Source: an uncultured Methanoregulaceae archaeon (lineage in GTDB: Archaea; Halobacteriota; Methanomicrobia; Methanomicrobiales; Methanospirillaceae). Taken from it: 64,000 bases of DNA. Both the position numbers and the translations under genes were made by a program. Shown here one piece after another: positions 40,665-53,103 of this stretch. Location: NCBI GenBank assembly GCA_963717525.1, contig OY970343.1, positions 1,536,001 through 1,600,000 of the forward strand. Reading direction: 5' to 3'. A model generated the notes under the pieces. It saw nothing but the letters and a program-made list of their open reading frames with translations, was not told the DNA's origin and ran no database searches. The number at the start of each line of letters is the position of its first letter. Within the stretch, counting starts at the first letter, position 1.

Positions 40665-41591
40665 TCACCGGCTTTCATTCCGGTAGTACCGGCCGAGATC
40701 CTCAGGCAGGGTCAGGATAATGGGTTCGTTGTGGAGACGCTCCATGAACGCCGAGTCGCTGGTGGACAAGGGGTTCGGATTGATCCGGGAGATCAGCGAA
40801 CAGAATGCAGAGAAATCTCCGGTTGTTTCCCTGCCAAAAACGATAGCCATATTGAACGCGTAGGTACCCAGTTTCCGGTAGAGCGACAGCACTTCGAGAA
40901 TTCCTTCAGCAAGGGATCCAACATAGCTTTCCAGCTCATCCAGCCGGGTAATCGGCAGGAGGCCCCGCACCTCACGCTCTCCCACCGGCACTGCATGGGC
41001 AGACCAGAGGATCTCATCGCCAAAGAGGTACCGGTCCGACGACCGTTCCTGCTCCCGCACGGCATCCCAGTACCGGTTCCCGGTCTTTGCGTGGTGCTCC
41101 TTCCCTGCGGACAGGTACCGCTCTGTTATCCACGACGGACGCTGATCGGCGATACCCTGCATATGGGGGTGAACGATGCTCGCCCCTGCTGAAGGCAGAT
41201 AATTCCAGTTGATGCTGGGATACCCCCCGGACCGGAGAAGCGATTCGGTCTGCGCCTGGAGTGCATCCATAATCTGCTGCCTCGTGAAAACCGGCACGGT
41301 ATGATTACGGGATATCACCGTTACAATGTGCCACTCCGCAAACGGGAACATGTTGGGAAACGTGACGCTTTCTCCCCGGGTTATGCGGGATCCATCCGGG
41401 AAGGTTGGGGTGACTGAGAAAATATTTTCCCGGCAGAACGGGCAGCCGGCCGCTTCACCGGGAAGGGAGAGCGGTTGATCGATATGCCTCTTGAGCCGCT
41501 CCGGACTGATCCGGCACCGGAGGCCGGTCAGGTATTCCTCACGGTACTGTAATGTTCCCCGCCCGGTGGCAACGTCAGTTACGGTAAACAT
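40665..41591 (-). CDS. Galactose-1-phosphate uridylyltransferase-like (GalT/HIT family) protein
   Basis: CPFC, FPNMFPF, AGASIVHPHMQ. Confidence 0.88.
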   Translation of the reverse strand: MFTVTDVATGRGTLQYREEYLTGLRCRISPERLKRHIDQPLSLPGEAAGCPFCRENIFSVTPTFPDGSRITRGESVTFPNMFPFAEWHIVTVISRNHTVPVFTRQQIMDALQAQTESLLRSGGYPSINWNYLPSAGASIVHPHMQGIADQRPSWITERYLSAGKEHHAKTGNRYWDAVREQERSSDRYLFGDEILWSAHAVPVGEREVRGLLPITRLDELESYVGSLAEGILEVLSLYRKLGTYAFNMAIVFGRETTGDFSAFCSLISRINPNPLSTSDSAFMERLHNEPIILTLPEDLGRYYRNESR

Positions 41592-41787
41592 GTCCTCTCA
41601 TGAATAGAGTGCTGTCGGGGAGCAGATAGACATTTGCACGTCACTTCCTATCGGTGCAAAATCTCATAAAAGCCGGTTTTTCTTTAGCAGGGTTATGCCG
41701 TCAAAAGAAAAAAAAGATTTACTATCTGCCAGAAGCCTCTTTTGGGGGGCGGTTTCGGCGGGTATTTGCGGCAGATATGCGATCTGC

Positions 41788-42774
41788 TTATACAACGTAC
41801 TTGCCGAGCAGGCGGATAGAGGTGGTCATGTCGGGACCGAGTGGTGAACCGAAGATGATCTGGGTAACGCCGGCCTTTGTGAGGTCGTCACACTTTGCCT
41901 TGACCATTTCAGGGGTACCTGCAATGGTGAATGCGTCGATCTCCTTGTCACCCACAAGCTCTCCAACGGTCTTGAAGTCGAACTTTCCGAGCGCTGCCTT
42001 GATCTTGGCGACATTGTTGAGGTCAAGACCGTGGCGGGTGAGCAGCTCGGGCGGTGATCCTGCGGCGATAAATGCAGCAACAATCTTTGCTGCATTGCGT
42101 GCCTTCTTCTCGCTCCGGTCGATAGACATGGCGGTGTACGCACCGACATCAAAGCTCTTCTTGCCAGCTGCATCGCTCGCCTTCTTGATGATCGGGATAG
42201 CGATGTGGAAGTCCTTCGGGTTGGATGCGTTGATCAATGCACCGTCTCCAATCTTTCCGGCGAGCTCAAGAACCTTGGGGCCCTGAGCACCGATGTAGAT
42301 TGGAACGCCCTTCTTTCCGGGAAGGGTAACGCCGGTCAGCTTCGCACCATCGTAATCAAAGAACTTCATGCCGGACTTGTTAACCTGTTCACCGGCACAG
42401 AGTTTCCGGATCTGCATAACTGCCTCCTCGAGACGGGCGACCGGCTTCTCACCCTGAATACCGATCTTCGGGAGCGTCGAGAGGTCACCGGGTCCGATAC
42501 CGAGTGTTGCACGCCCATCGGAGATCTCGTTCAATGTGCAGAAGAACGATGCCATAGCGGCCGGTGTATCGGTAAACGAGTTCATGATACCCGGACCCAT
42601 CTTAAGGGTACTGGTTGCCTGTGCTACAGCGGCAAGGACTGCATAGCAGTGACGGTTGTTATAGTGGTTCGTGATCCACGCAAAGTCAATATCTTTTGAC
42701 TCAGCAAGTTTACAGAAGTTGACAACTTGCTTTACATTGACATTTCCTGGTACAAATTCAATTCCATATGTCAA
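41788..42774 (-). CDS. mer: F420-dependent methylene-H4MPT reductase (TTG start)
   Basis: YGIEFVP, WITNHYNNR, GAQGPK, GSPLGPD. Confidence 0.96.
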   Translation of the reverse strand: MTYGIEFVPGNVNVKQVVNFCKLAESKDIDFAWITNHYNNRHCYAVLAAVAQATSTLKMGPGIMNSFTDTPAAMASFFCTLNEISDGRATLGIGPGDLSTLPKIGIQGEKPVARLEEAVMQIRKLCAGEQVNKSGMKFFDYDGAKLTGVTLPGKKGVPIYIGAQGPKVLELAGKIGDGALINASNPKDFHIAIPIIKKASDAAGKKSFDVGAYTAMSIDRSEKKARNAAKIVAAFIAAGSPPELLTRHGLDLNNVAKIKAALGKFDFKTVGELVGDKEIDAFTIAGTPEMVKAKCDDLTKAGVTQIIFGSPLGPDMTTSIRLLGKYVV

Positions 42775-43097
42775 GGCTTGTTCACCTCATGGAGTATTAC
42801 CGTCCGCGCATTTAAATAAATTATCATTTAACGTTGTGCCCGGTGGATAAGCGGCATGGATTCATGCCCGATGCTCGATATTTAGCAATCATAGGGCGGA
42901 AAAGAGTGGCAAATCCGGGAAAAACGCAGGATGAGATCAATATTCAAGCCCCGATTTCGGGTTTACCGGCCCAACAGCCAGGAACGACCGGTATACATTT
43001 TTAGATGAGTATATCCTATAAGATATTGAACTTCAGGAGAGAATAATTAATCAGCTGTATACAGGATACTACACGGGGTATCCTGAAGGAAGAACTC

Positions 43098-45411
43098 ATG
43101 CGGATAATTGCAATTGGCGTGGGAGGCGCCGGCTGCCGGATTGCCGAAGCCCTCTATGCCAATGACCGGAAAAGCAGTAAAGTTACGTGCGTCCAGGCGC
43201 TTGCCGTCGATATTGATAGCGATGCACTAGCGCAGCTGCCGGCGCTCCCTGAACAGGCAAAGATCGATTTTTCGGCAGTTGAGCCTGCTATTTCAAATAC
43301 GGGACTTGAATCTCCCCAGCCCGCAACGATTGACATAGGGGAGATCATGGCCCGCATCCAGAATCTGGAGAGAGGAGAGACCGATGCCATCCTGATCTGT
43401 TGCGGCCTCGGCGGCAGGCTGACGGATGCGGTGCCGCAGCTCATCTCTGCACTCAGGGCATCAGTCACCGAACCGATCCTCGGTCTGGTCACCCTGCCTG
43501 CCCTTTCAGAGGGGGAGAAACGGTCGGCAAAAGCAGCAGATGATATCGATGCCATATCTCCCTTGCTTGATGGAACTATCCTTTTTGATAACGAGACCTG
43601 GTTAAAGAAGACCGCTGCCCGCCGCGATGCGCTGGTTGAGGAACTATCCAGAGGACCCGGCCTCTTTGGAAGGGGCAGGAACCAGCCAAAACTGACTGCC
43701 CAGGAAATCACGTATAAGCTCCTCAACCAGAGCATAATCCGGAGGATCAGCCTTATCCTGCGGGCCGGGGAGTTCCGGGCCGACGGGGGTATCGATCTCG
43801 CCGAGGTCGTGATGGATTCGAGCGAAGTGCTCAACACCATAAACGGGATGGGGTTCATCTCGATTGGATATGCCGTGGAGCGGTTGTCCCAGGGGCCGCT
43901 GGCATTTCTTTCACGGTTACGCACGGCCAATGCAGCTCTGGAACAGAGAAAGAGCGCAGAACGGATCATCGGACTTGCCAAGCAGGCCATCTACCAGGAG
44001 GTCTCTATCCCCTGCGACATGACCAGTGCCGCAAAAGCGTTGATCCTTGTAGCCGGCCCGTCCCATGAGATATCGATGAAAGGTTTCATGATCGTCCGTA
44101 AATGGATTGACCGCAGCATTGCAGGAATGGAGATGAGATCCGGTGATTACCCGGTCACCAACTCAGAGAACGTAGCAATCATTGTGGTCCTGAGCGGGCT
44201 TGAAAACATCCCGCGGATCACCGAGATCCGGGAGATCCGGGAGCAGTACCGGACCGGTGTCTCCCCGGGCACCGCCTCATCCCTTAACCTCCCGCCGGTT
44301 GGAGACCTGCGAAAAGCCGGTGGGGCACCGGAGATCAGAGCAGTGTGGAGTGGTACAGAACTCAGAGATGAGATGATCAGTCTGCCGGGAGAGAGGTCCA
44401 AAAAGAGAAGTACCCCCCATCATCCTGATGACGAGCCTGGCCGTTATCCGGATACTCCTTTACCACCGGTCCGGGCACCTCCATCACCTCAACCGGTCAG
44501 TTCACGGCAGCAGGGAGGACGTCCACGCATTCTTGAAGAAAGAGGAAAACCGGGCAGTGACAAAAACCCCATCCTTTCCTGAAGAATATGAAATACCCGG
44601 AAAACCTGCCATATCACAGAGATCTCCGCCTGTTGCGGTCCCGGTCAAGGGAGAGGAAGAGTCTTATCACCCCCCGCATAAGGAAGTTCATGGCATAGTA
44701 TACCCGGGGAATGACAGCCAGCACCCTGTGAAGAGATCACTTGAGTCGGGATACGAAGGGAACCTTCCGCTGAAACCCACACCGGTAATGAACAGGAATC
44801 CGGATCACCAGATGATTAAGCGGTCTCTGCAGGAGAAGCAGAAAATCATAAAATCCGGGATTCCTGACCGCAGGGACCATCAGGTAACCCCGGTAGAGGC
44901 CCGGTCCTTACCACCGGAGACGAAAACCATTATCCGGAGAATTACCGTAAAGACACCGGTTTCCGGGGCTGCAACTCCTGTTCAGCCGGTGGCAAAGGCA
45001 CCTGCAAAGACTGAGAGAACGATCATCAGGCAAAGGAAAAAGGAGACGGGGACTGATGAGGGATTGGCGTACGAGGAGCCCGTCAGCCAAAAAGACACTG
45101 TCCGTCAGGAAGAGCTCGAGCTTGCCATAGAAATGGAAAACTTCTCTTCACCAGCTCCTCCGGAAGAGATGAAAATCGGCATCAAAGATCGTCTCCAGCC
45201 GGTGCGTGACGAGATCTTCCAGGGAAAATCTGTCTCGCTCAAAGAGCCGTTGCGGGTAAAAGACGGTGCGCTGCTCCACACGGAGATCAAAACAAAAAAA
45301 GGCAGGCCAGGCACAGAGGACGAGGGATCCGCCGGAGAGCCTGGAAGCAATTTCCCCTCTCCCACGAAGAAGACCGGAAAATCATCTGTGCAGGAGGATG
45401 AAATTTCCTAA
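43098..45411 (+). CDS. Tubulin/FtsZ superfamily protein (CetZ-like) with long low-complexity tail; 1-nt frameshift between about 44490 and 44580
   Basis: IGVGGAGCRIAE, FDNE.W, EVVMDSSEVLNT, RSGDYP; ORF 44428..45411 continues the tail in the +1 frame. Confidence 0.82.
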
Positions 45412-45413
45412 AG

Positions 45414-46367
45414 TCAGCGATCGATATCCACCACTTTTGAGAAGGGGATATTTCCGGCGCCGATCTCCGTCCGGATCGCAATACCCTGTTCAACGCAGTT
45501 ACCGATATGGTTGAGGCCGCTGTATGCGACGATCGAGAGCCGGTAGGGATTGTCCGGCAGGTTGAATACCTGGTTACCCATGGTGACCGGATAGACAAAA
45601 CCACAATCGTTCATCAGCCGGATTGTTTCCTCGATGTCGTTTCGTGCCGAGCTGGGGACTTCGCGGACATTCGCGAGAGCGATGCCGGTCTTTGTACGGG
45701 CAAAATCATGGATAGAGGTCAGGCCCGAGGAGATGAAGAGTTCGAGGGGATCGATGGTGGTTCCCCGGTACCCGATCAGGTCGCGGAACCGTCGGGGCAC
45801 ATTCTCCTCGATCTCCAGTCTCCCGCCATACGCCATCTTTACCGGGATACCATTCCTCTGGAAAAGGCCGTCCATCGTGATACTGCACAGGGTGATTACC
45901 CCGACACAATCCGGGGGCACCCGGGGATCGTGATCGAGAATCCGGTAGGAGTTAAAGAACCCGCACCCGGCCTGGATGACCTCGTCAAATGCCCGGAGAG
46001 CCCGGTCAAGATCGTTTTTATGGACAAAGGAGAGATTGTATGCCACGTCCCCTGTTCCCGTTGCAGGATCAAAGGTGCTCCGGTACGCGAGCCGTTCAAG
46101 TTTAGAGATGATAAACCCGATCCGGTCATCGACGAGCGCATTATCGGTTTCCAGAAGACCGGCCGGTGTCAGGATCCGGCCCTGGTTCCCTATCTTCCCG
46201 GTAAATCCCATCGAGTCCAGATAGCTGAGGTAGTACTGGACGGCCCGGTCGCTTAAGACAAACCCCCGTTCTGCCATCAGTTCCGAGAGCCGTTTTGCCC
46301 CGACCGGATCACGGTGCTCCTTTAAGATGCGCAGGATCTCGATGTACTTGCGTTCAGTTCGTATCAT
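45414..46367 (-). CDS. NrpR family transcriptional regulator (wHTH plus DUF128/NRD domain)
   Basis: EILRIL..PVGAK, DRAVQYYL, CSITMDG, YRGTTIDPLELF. Confidence 0.88.
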   Translation of the reverse strand: MIRTERKYIEILRILKEHRDPVGAKRLSELMAERGFVLSDRAVQYYLSYLDSMGFTGKIGNQGRILTPAGLLETDNALVDDRIGFIISKLERLAYRSTFDPATGTGDVAYNLSFVHKNDLDRALRAFDEVIQAGCGFFNSYRILDHDPRVPPDCVGVITLCSITMDGLFQRNGIPVKMAYGGRLEIEENVPRRFRDLIGYRGTTIDPLELFISSGLTSIHDFARTKTGIALANVREVPSSARNDIEETIRLMNDCGFVYPVTMGNQVFNLPDNPYRLSIVAYSGLNHIGNCVEQGIAIRTEIGAGNIPFSKVVDIDR

Positions 46368-46807
46368 GCCTCTTTTGCTCCCACCGCACCCGTACTGTCC
46401 TGGTATCGCCCGGCATATCGATCGCTCCCGTTCCTTACTTCGTGCAGGATCATCTGCACAATACGTTCTGACCGGTGGATCTCGATATCCTTCGACCCCA
46501 TGTTTGTCAGGCAGAGGGTCAGCTGGCCCCGGAATCCCGGGTCGACAAAACCTGCTCCCATCAGTACTCCCCGCCTTCCAAACGATGACCGGCAGCGAAG
46601 TGTCCCGGCAACATCCGGGGGCAACTCAACCCATTCCATGCTCGGTACAAGCATGCATGTGCCCCGGGCCAGACAAATATCATCTGCGGCACGAAGATCG
46701 TAGGATGCGGGCTGCTGGCATTCCGCGGCATAGGGAGTGATTCCCAGTTTTTCCTGTGCCTGTTCACTGTAGAGCCGGCGGGTAATCTCCTGCGCAGACA
46801 GTATCAT
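46364..46807 (-). CDS. dcd: dCTP deaminase / dUTPase family protein
   Basis: QPASYDL, RSSFGR, GFVDPGFRGQLT, Y.GRYQ. Confidence 0.88.
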   Translation of the reverse strand: MILSAQEITRRLYSEQAQEKLGITPYAAECQQPASYDLRAADDICLARGTCMLVPSMEWVELPPDVAGTLRCRSSFGRRGVLMGAGFVDPGFRGQLTLCLTNMGSKDIEIHRSERIVQMILHEVRNGSDRYAGRYQDSTGAVGAKEA

Positions 46808-46863
46808 TCATTAGTTTATCGGTAGAGAATGCTTAATATCTTTGGATAAAGATACGTTGGGAA

Positions 46864-46935
46864 GGATCCATGGGGTAGAGGACATCCTCTTGGGCTTCGA
46901 ACCCAAGGACGCGGGTTCGATTCCCGCTGGGTCCG
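46864..46935 (+). tRNA. tRNA-Arg (anticodon TCG)
   Basis: Acceptor GGATCCA/TGGGTCC, anticodon arm TTGGG-CTTCGAA-CCCAA, T-loop GGTTCGATTCC. Confidence 0.95.
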
Positions 46936-47076
46936 TTCATTTGGCGGCCGGGAAACCGGTTGCGCAAGGCCGGGAAAATTTCCTGTATAGGGATCCGAAC
47001 ACCATGTCAAGATCTCGCGCTTTTTTCCCAAAGACAGGACGTCACCGTTTTACACGAGTGAAAAAAGAATATCTGG

Positions 47077-48465
47077 TCAGATTTCGTTCCTTTTTACTGC
47101 GTGGTGGCGGTTCCTGTGCCTGGCCAGCTTGATGAGGGCGTACAGGAAAAGCACGATAAGAATACCAATACCGATAAGGGTCACATATCCCCAGCCCGTA
47201 TTCTTTTGGAGCGTTATGGTAAGGGGGGTTGTCGTATTCCCAAGAGGGATCTCCTGCTGGACCATCTGGGGGAGGTACCCGTCGTCAGTCACAGTGATAT
47301 TGTAGGATGTGTTATAGGTGAGCTGCGTGTCCAGCTGGCCATGCGGATCGGTGGTTCCCGCAAACGCCCCATTCAGAAGAACGGTAGCATTCGCGATATT
47401 TTTCTGGTCTGAATCCTGGACATAGAATGTCTGGCTCACCGTGGCAAGGGAAAGTACCACCGGGAATTCACTGGCACCTGTGGAAATGTCGATCAACTGG
47501 TTTACCGGGGTATAGCCGGCCTTGCTCACGACAATGGCATAGCTGCCGGGGACAAGGTTCTGGAGCGCGGCCTGGCCATATGCACTCGTGGTTGCTACTA
47601 CCGTACCATTGACAGATATATCTGCACCACTGATGGACTGGTTCTGGGAATCGTATACAAAGACAAAGCCGTTGACCGGTACTGGAGTGAGCGTGATAGA
47701 ATCTACTGCCTGGTTGGTATTGATAGCGATCAACTGATTTACCGTCTGGTAGCCGGTCTTTGTAACCGCAACGGTAACGGGGACGTTCCGGCTTACAGGT
47801 GCAGTCAGGATCCCGTGTGAATCGGTCGTTCCCAGCAGCACGGAATTGACACTGATGGTTGCCCCGGATACCGGGGCAAGGGTGTTCTGGTCTCTCACGA
47901 TAAAGGAGTACTGGTTTACTGACAACAGCCAGTACTGGACATTCTGGTTCGTGGCGTCCACTTCAATCGTATCGCTGCGGGGCTGGTAGTTGGGTGCGGT
48001 CATATTGAGGGAATAAAGGGTAAAGGAGGTCACGCCGAATGACGCAGCACCCGTTGGATCAGTAACCGCAGTCTGGGAGGAGTTCGCAGACGTTAAAAAC
48101 AGGTTCGCCCCGGATACCGGTGCAAGCGTGTTGGAGTCAAAAAGAGAGACATTCAGGTACAGGGTCCTGCGGTTCATGGTGACCGAAAGCGTTGTGGCAT
48201 TAGTGCTCACTGTTCCCGCCCAGTCATCATAACCACTCATGGTGATAAGGAGGTTGAGATCCCCTTGGCCGGACTGGAGCAGGAACTGGCCGGCATTATT
48301 GGTCAGACCGACGTTGGTTCCATCCAGGAATACCGTTGCGTGGGGAATAGATGTGTTGTCAAGATTGTCCTGCACCGTGATCAGCAGGTTCGTTGCCTGT
48401 ACTGCACTGCAGAACGCGATAATACAGAGCAGCGCAAAAAGGAAACGAATACGAGATGCTTTCAT
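47077..48465 (-). CDS. Cell-surface protein with PEGA/carboxypeptidase-regulatory-like repeats and C-terminal TM anchor
   Basis: Signal peptide; repeated GA.I.VNG...GTTD..G and K.GY units; TM helix plus basic tail. Confidence 0.88.
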   Translation of the reverse strand: MKASRIRFLFALLCIIAFCSAVQATNLLITVQDNLDNTSIPHATVFLDGTNVGLTNNAGQFLLQSGQGDLNLLITMSGYDDWAGTVSTNATTLSVTMNRRTLYLNVSLFDSNTLAPVSGANLFLTSANSSQTAVTDPTGAASFGVTSFTLYSLNMTAPNYQPRSDTIEVDATNQNVQYWLLSVNQYSFIVRDQNTLAPVSGATISVNSVLLGTTDSHGILTAPVSRNVPVTVAVTKTGYQTVNQLIAINTNQAVDSITLTPVPVNGFVFVYDSQNQSISGADISVNGTVVATTSAYGQAALQNLVPGSYAIVVSKAGYTPVNQLIDISTGASEFPVVLSLATVSQTFYVQDSDQKNIANATVLLNGAFAGTTDPHGQLDTQLTYNTSYNITVTDDGYLPQMVQQEIPLGNTTTPLTITLQKNTGWGYVTLIGIGILIVLFLYALIKLARHRNRHHAVKRNEI

Positions 48466-48523
48466 AGTAAATAATCCCTCCCTGCTCGTATTTTATCCCA
48501 TCGGTTCCTGAATTCCATTACCA

Positions 48524-50049
48524 TCAGATTTCAGAGAGGGATGGCACCCGGTCAAGAAGCATCCCTTCCACCATTACCGGCACGAGATGACGTCCCTCTT
48601 CTACGGCCTTCTGGAGCCGCCACTCCCGTTCGGCGTAAATCGTAAAGAGCGGTTCACCGGCCTTGATAAGGGTCCCTTTCTTTGCATGCAGCAGGATGCC
48701 GGCCCCACGGTCATGGGGTGCCCCCGCCATACGCGCAAGCGTGATCAGGGATACGTTGTTCATCTCTACAATGTATCCGGATGCCGGGGCGTTGACCACA
48801 AACTGGTGCTCGCCGGGCATGATGTCATCTGATCTGACCTTCGGGTCCCCTCCCTGGATCTCGATAATCTGCCGGAATTTCTCCAGCGCTTTTCCCTTGG
48901 TGAGGATCTCCTGTGCCAGCTGGGTGCCGGTACCCGGGCCGCTTTGCCGGACATCTCCAGAAGGATCCCGGCAAGCGAGAGGCTTTTCTGGATAAACGAG
49001 TTGGGCTCTGTTGAACCTTCGAGAACCCGGAGTGCCTCTTTGACTTCAAGATTGGGGCCGATACTGTGGCCGACCGGGATATCCCCGTAGGTAAGGGCAC
49101 ATTCGACTTTCATGCCGAGACGTTCGCCAAGTTCGATGAACTCGCGGGCAAGTTTCCTCCCATCCTGGACCGTCGGTACCTTGGTATGGTTGCCTACCGG
49201 GATGTCGATGACCACAAGGTTTGCACCGACGGCAAACTTCTTTGCCATCACGCTTGCAAGCATCTGGCCACGGGCGTCGATCTTGAACGGGTATTCCTGG
49301 AGAATAATGCGGTCATCCGCCGGGGCGATATTGGTAGCACCACCCCAGACAATACAGCCTCCGACGTTCTCGGTCATCTCCTGAACTTCGTGCGCAGAGA
49401 ACTCGACCCTGGCAAGAACTTCCATGAGATCGGCGGTCCCGCCGGCCCCGGTAATAGCACGGGAGCTGGTTTTGGGGATTTTGAGCCCGCTTGCGGCAAT
49501 GATGGGAACCACAAGGAGGGAGATCTTGTTGCCCGGTACCCCCCCGATGGAGTGCTTGTCGACAATGGGGCGCGATGCAAATTTTATCTGTTCCCCGGTC
49601 TCGACCATGGCCCGGGTGAGATGCTCGACCTCGTCCATGTCGAGGGGATTGATATACGACGCGGTGATGAATGCGGTAAGCTCGGCAGCAGAGATGTCAT
49701 CGTTGACCACGTCTTTTATGATCGTCAGGGTCTCGTCTTTTGAGAGGCGCCCCCCGTCCATCTTCTTCTTGATGAAATCGAGCGACGCGGGCCGGTCTGC
49801 CTCCCTTATGTCAGCCTCTTCTCCATCGGTGAGATTCAGCCGCTGGTTGGTACTCCGGTAAACTCCGGCACTTCCCTGCCCTTCAAGGGTGGTAGTTGTC
49901 GCCACAACGGCAGTGACGGCTACGCCGTTTTTCGGGTTAATGATCTGTACCCGGTCGCCATCCAGCACACCAATACTCCGAGCATCGAGGCGGTTGAGCA
50001 GTATCCCTCGTCTTGTTACAATATCGAGAATTTTTACGGTAAGTTTCAT
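48524..50049 (-). CDS. AMP phosphorylase (thymidine phosphorylase family); 1-nt deletion near 48934
   Basis: [36 protein letters not shown]. Confidence 0.94.
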
Positions 50050-50383
50050 ACAGACTTGCCACGCTCCAAGGATATCCCCCAAGCCGGGGAATGTGCCCCT
50101 GTTACTGGAAGATAGGACGGTTCATCATAAAAAATCGTCCCGGACCCGGTGAGGGGGAAATAAAAAAAAAGTTTATTCACTCAGGTTGGGACAGGCATTC
50201 TCGGTTATCCCGTTGACTGGGTGAAAATCCGAAAATGCGAAGAGCGACGTACTAAAACAGGAGGGGTAATGATGGCGGAGAACGTGCGGGTTTCCCTAGA
50301 AATCCGGTGATATCGACACGTCTGTCAACAGAATAAAAACTTCTGATTGAACCGGGTGAAAAAAGAAAAATTTAGATTTTAGT

Positions 50384-53103
50384 TCAGTGCCTGCGCACAA
50401 CGAGGAGCGCAACTGCACCGAGACCAATCAGGGCAACAAGTGCACCAAAGCCCGGCTGTGTGGGGGTCTTGGTGGGTGCTACCGTGGTCGGCATCGGGGT
50501 TGCGACCATTGTCGGAACAGTGGTCACGGTTGCAACCGGTGTTGGGGTTGCAGTCGGGGGAGCTGCCTGAAGGACGTTGAACAGTGCAGTGCCTGTTGCC
50601 TGCGGCTGGAGAACTTCCTGTGCCGTAACGAGGTACTCGTCGGGTTTGAACGTGGATGCGTCAACATCGAACGAGAGCGCGTTAAGACCGTTGGTGCCCT
50701 GCGTGACTGCCACAGTGCCTGATGCGCCGCTGAACTCACCGCTCTGGGTCTTATCAGTCGGCTGGAATGATGATGAGTAGACTGTGAAGAGAACGTTGTC
50801 ACCTACCGCGAGGTTGGTGGTTGCCGTGATGGTGAACTTGTTACCAACGGCCTGGTCGCCAACCGGGTTGATAGTGATGACTGGCGTCTCAACGAGGAAC
50901 TGGAGCTTCGTGTAGGTATCATCGACATTTGGACTGTTGATGGCCTGGACCAGTGCCTCTGCTGCATCGGATCCCTGTAAGCTGCCTGCACCGGTGAGTG
51001 CGAAGTCCTGAGTCGGGCCTATCGCACTAGCGGTCCCGGACGGAGCTGCAGTCCAGACATACGAGGATGTGGTGTCAGTTGCTGTCGACGGTGATGCCAG
51101 TGCCGGTGATGCATAGACATCGAATACGCCGTTCTGCATCGGGTGCTGGACAACGACGAAGTACTGGCCTGCGTACATGTTCAGGGTATCCGTTCCCTTG
51201 AGTTCATACGAGAACGAGGAGTCGGAGTTCACGGCTTCCGTTGTGATCATTGCAAAGTTCTTACCGAGGATCCAGATCTGGACACCCAGTGAGGGCTGAC
51301 CCTGTGCGGTACCGGTGACGTAGACCGGGTCACCCTGTGCAACGGTGGACTGGGAAGCGGTTGCGCTGACGAACGGCTTCTTGATGATGATGGAAACCGT
51401 GCCATACGCGACATCATTCAGGTCATCTGTGCCATACGGCTGGCTGACTGCATACACCGTGTAGGTGCCTGCATCCAGTGCAACCGATGAGGTTCCCCAC
51501 TGCCAGGACCATGTATTGTCACCGTTAACAGCGACATCCTGGAACGTGGTTCCATCCCCATCTGCTACCTTGGCGTTCCTCGGGTCAAGACTCTGGATCT
51601 GACCACCGATGGTCGGCAGGTTGGGGCCGGTGATGAACAGGTAGACATCGTTGGATTCGGTGTCGGTACCGGAGAACTGGATCTCTTCGCCGAGATAGTA
51701 GCTCTGGGAACCGGCGGCCACGATAGTGACTGCGCCCTTCTGGACCTGGACGATCACTTCATCGCTCTTGAAGCCGGTTGCGCCGCCGAAGTTCTGCTCG
51801 ACACGGATGGTGTACTGCTGCGCCTTGGTCCAGTTGGTCGTGGAGAACTGGACGGTTCTCGTGCCGGTCTGGTCGAGGGTTACGTTGGCGTAGATGAATG
51901 TACCGTTACCGATTGCTGCAGAGATGGGGCCGGCAGTTAAGTAGTCGGAACCATGGGCAACGTACGACCAGAGGCTCTTTCCACCGCCATTCTGGTAGCT
52001 GTAGTTACCGTTTACTGCATTCGGGTAGGCGGCATTTCCAATCGTGGTGAAGTCCGGACCAGTTAGTGGATCGAAAACGACACCGGCCTGGTTCGCGGTG
52101 ATGATGGGCGGCTGGTTGTCGTAGGTGCCATCCATTGAGGAGGTGCCCTTGATGAACAGGTGGTAGGTGACACCGGGCTTGCCCGTGATCGTGACCGAGA
52201 ACGGCTTGCTGCGGACAACAGAGTCAACGTTCGCGGAGAGCGAGACTGTGTTGGAAGTGATGGTGACCATTGCGGGCTGGCTGACAGTCGCACCGGTGTA
52301 GGTTGCGCCACCGTTCAGGTAGTTATCGTACATGCCGTTAAGCCGGGACTGGGCGATAACCGTGTACACACCGGCCGGGTAGGCGTTTTGGCCGGTTGAA
52401 TCGACTGCACCGGTCGACCAGTTGGGTGCGTAGTTTGCCGCGCCGGGCTGGTTTCCATCAGAAGTGCCCCAGAACCATGAGGGCAGGTTGACATTCTGCT
52501 GGGTAATCGACTTGGTAGTCAGGTCAGTGGTGTTGGCAAACAGTGCGGTATACGTGTTACCGGAAGCACTCTTTACCTTGATATCGACGTTACCCGTGTT
52601 GGCAGTGTTAATCTGGTCCTGCCTCACGGTAGGCCGGGTTGAGCGCCTGGTCAAGGTTAGAGTTGATACGGAATGCCAGGTAGTCTCCCTGGATTACGGA
52701 TCCACCGGTTGCCGTGGTTCCCGTAGAAAGATCCCAGACATCGACGGTGATGCTCGGTGCTGCTACACTAAATGCTAACTGGGGCGTTGCACCGACAGGC
52801 AGAACATACCAGTTGCCTGCGTATGCCGCCAGTGTGGGCGAGACATAGAAGCTCTGGTTGTTCGTGATCGTGAGTGTCTGCGACGGAGCGGTGGTGTTAA
52901 TCGGTGCTGCCGATGCCCACCAGCCGACCTGAGTTCCTACAGGAACCCAGGAAAGGTTCAGTCTGCTGTTCGCCGATATAAATTGTTGCACCCGGTGCAT
53001 AAACCGTGTTGTTGATATCGTAGTAGGTTGCCGATACCGGCAGTACTGCGACAAGAACCAACGCGACCAATGCAATAAGGGCAATTGTTAATCGCTTAGT
53101 CAT
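50384..53103 (-). CDS. Major S-layer glycoprotein (DUF3821-type N-terminus, PGF-CTERM); two 1-nt frameshifts near 52962 and 52611
   Basis: Signal peptide, GATIYIGEQ, LQGSDAAEAL..AINSPNVDDTY, Thr/Pro linker, TQPGFGALVALIGLGAVALLVVRRH. Confidence 0.92.
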
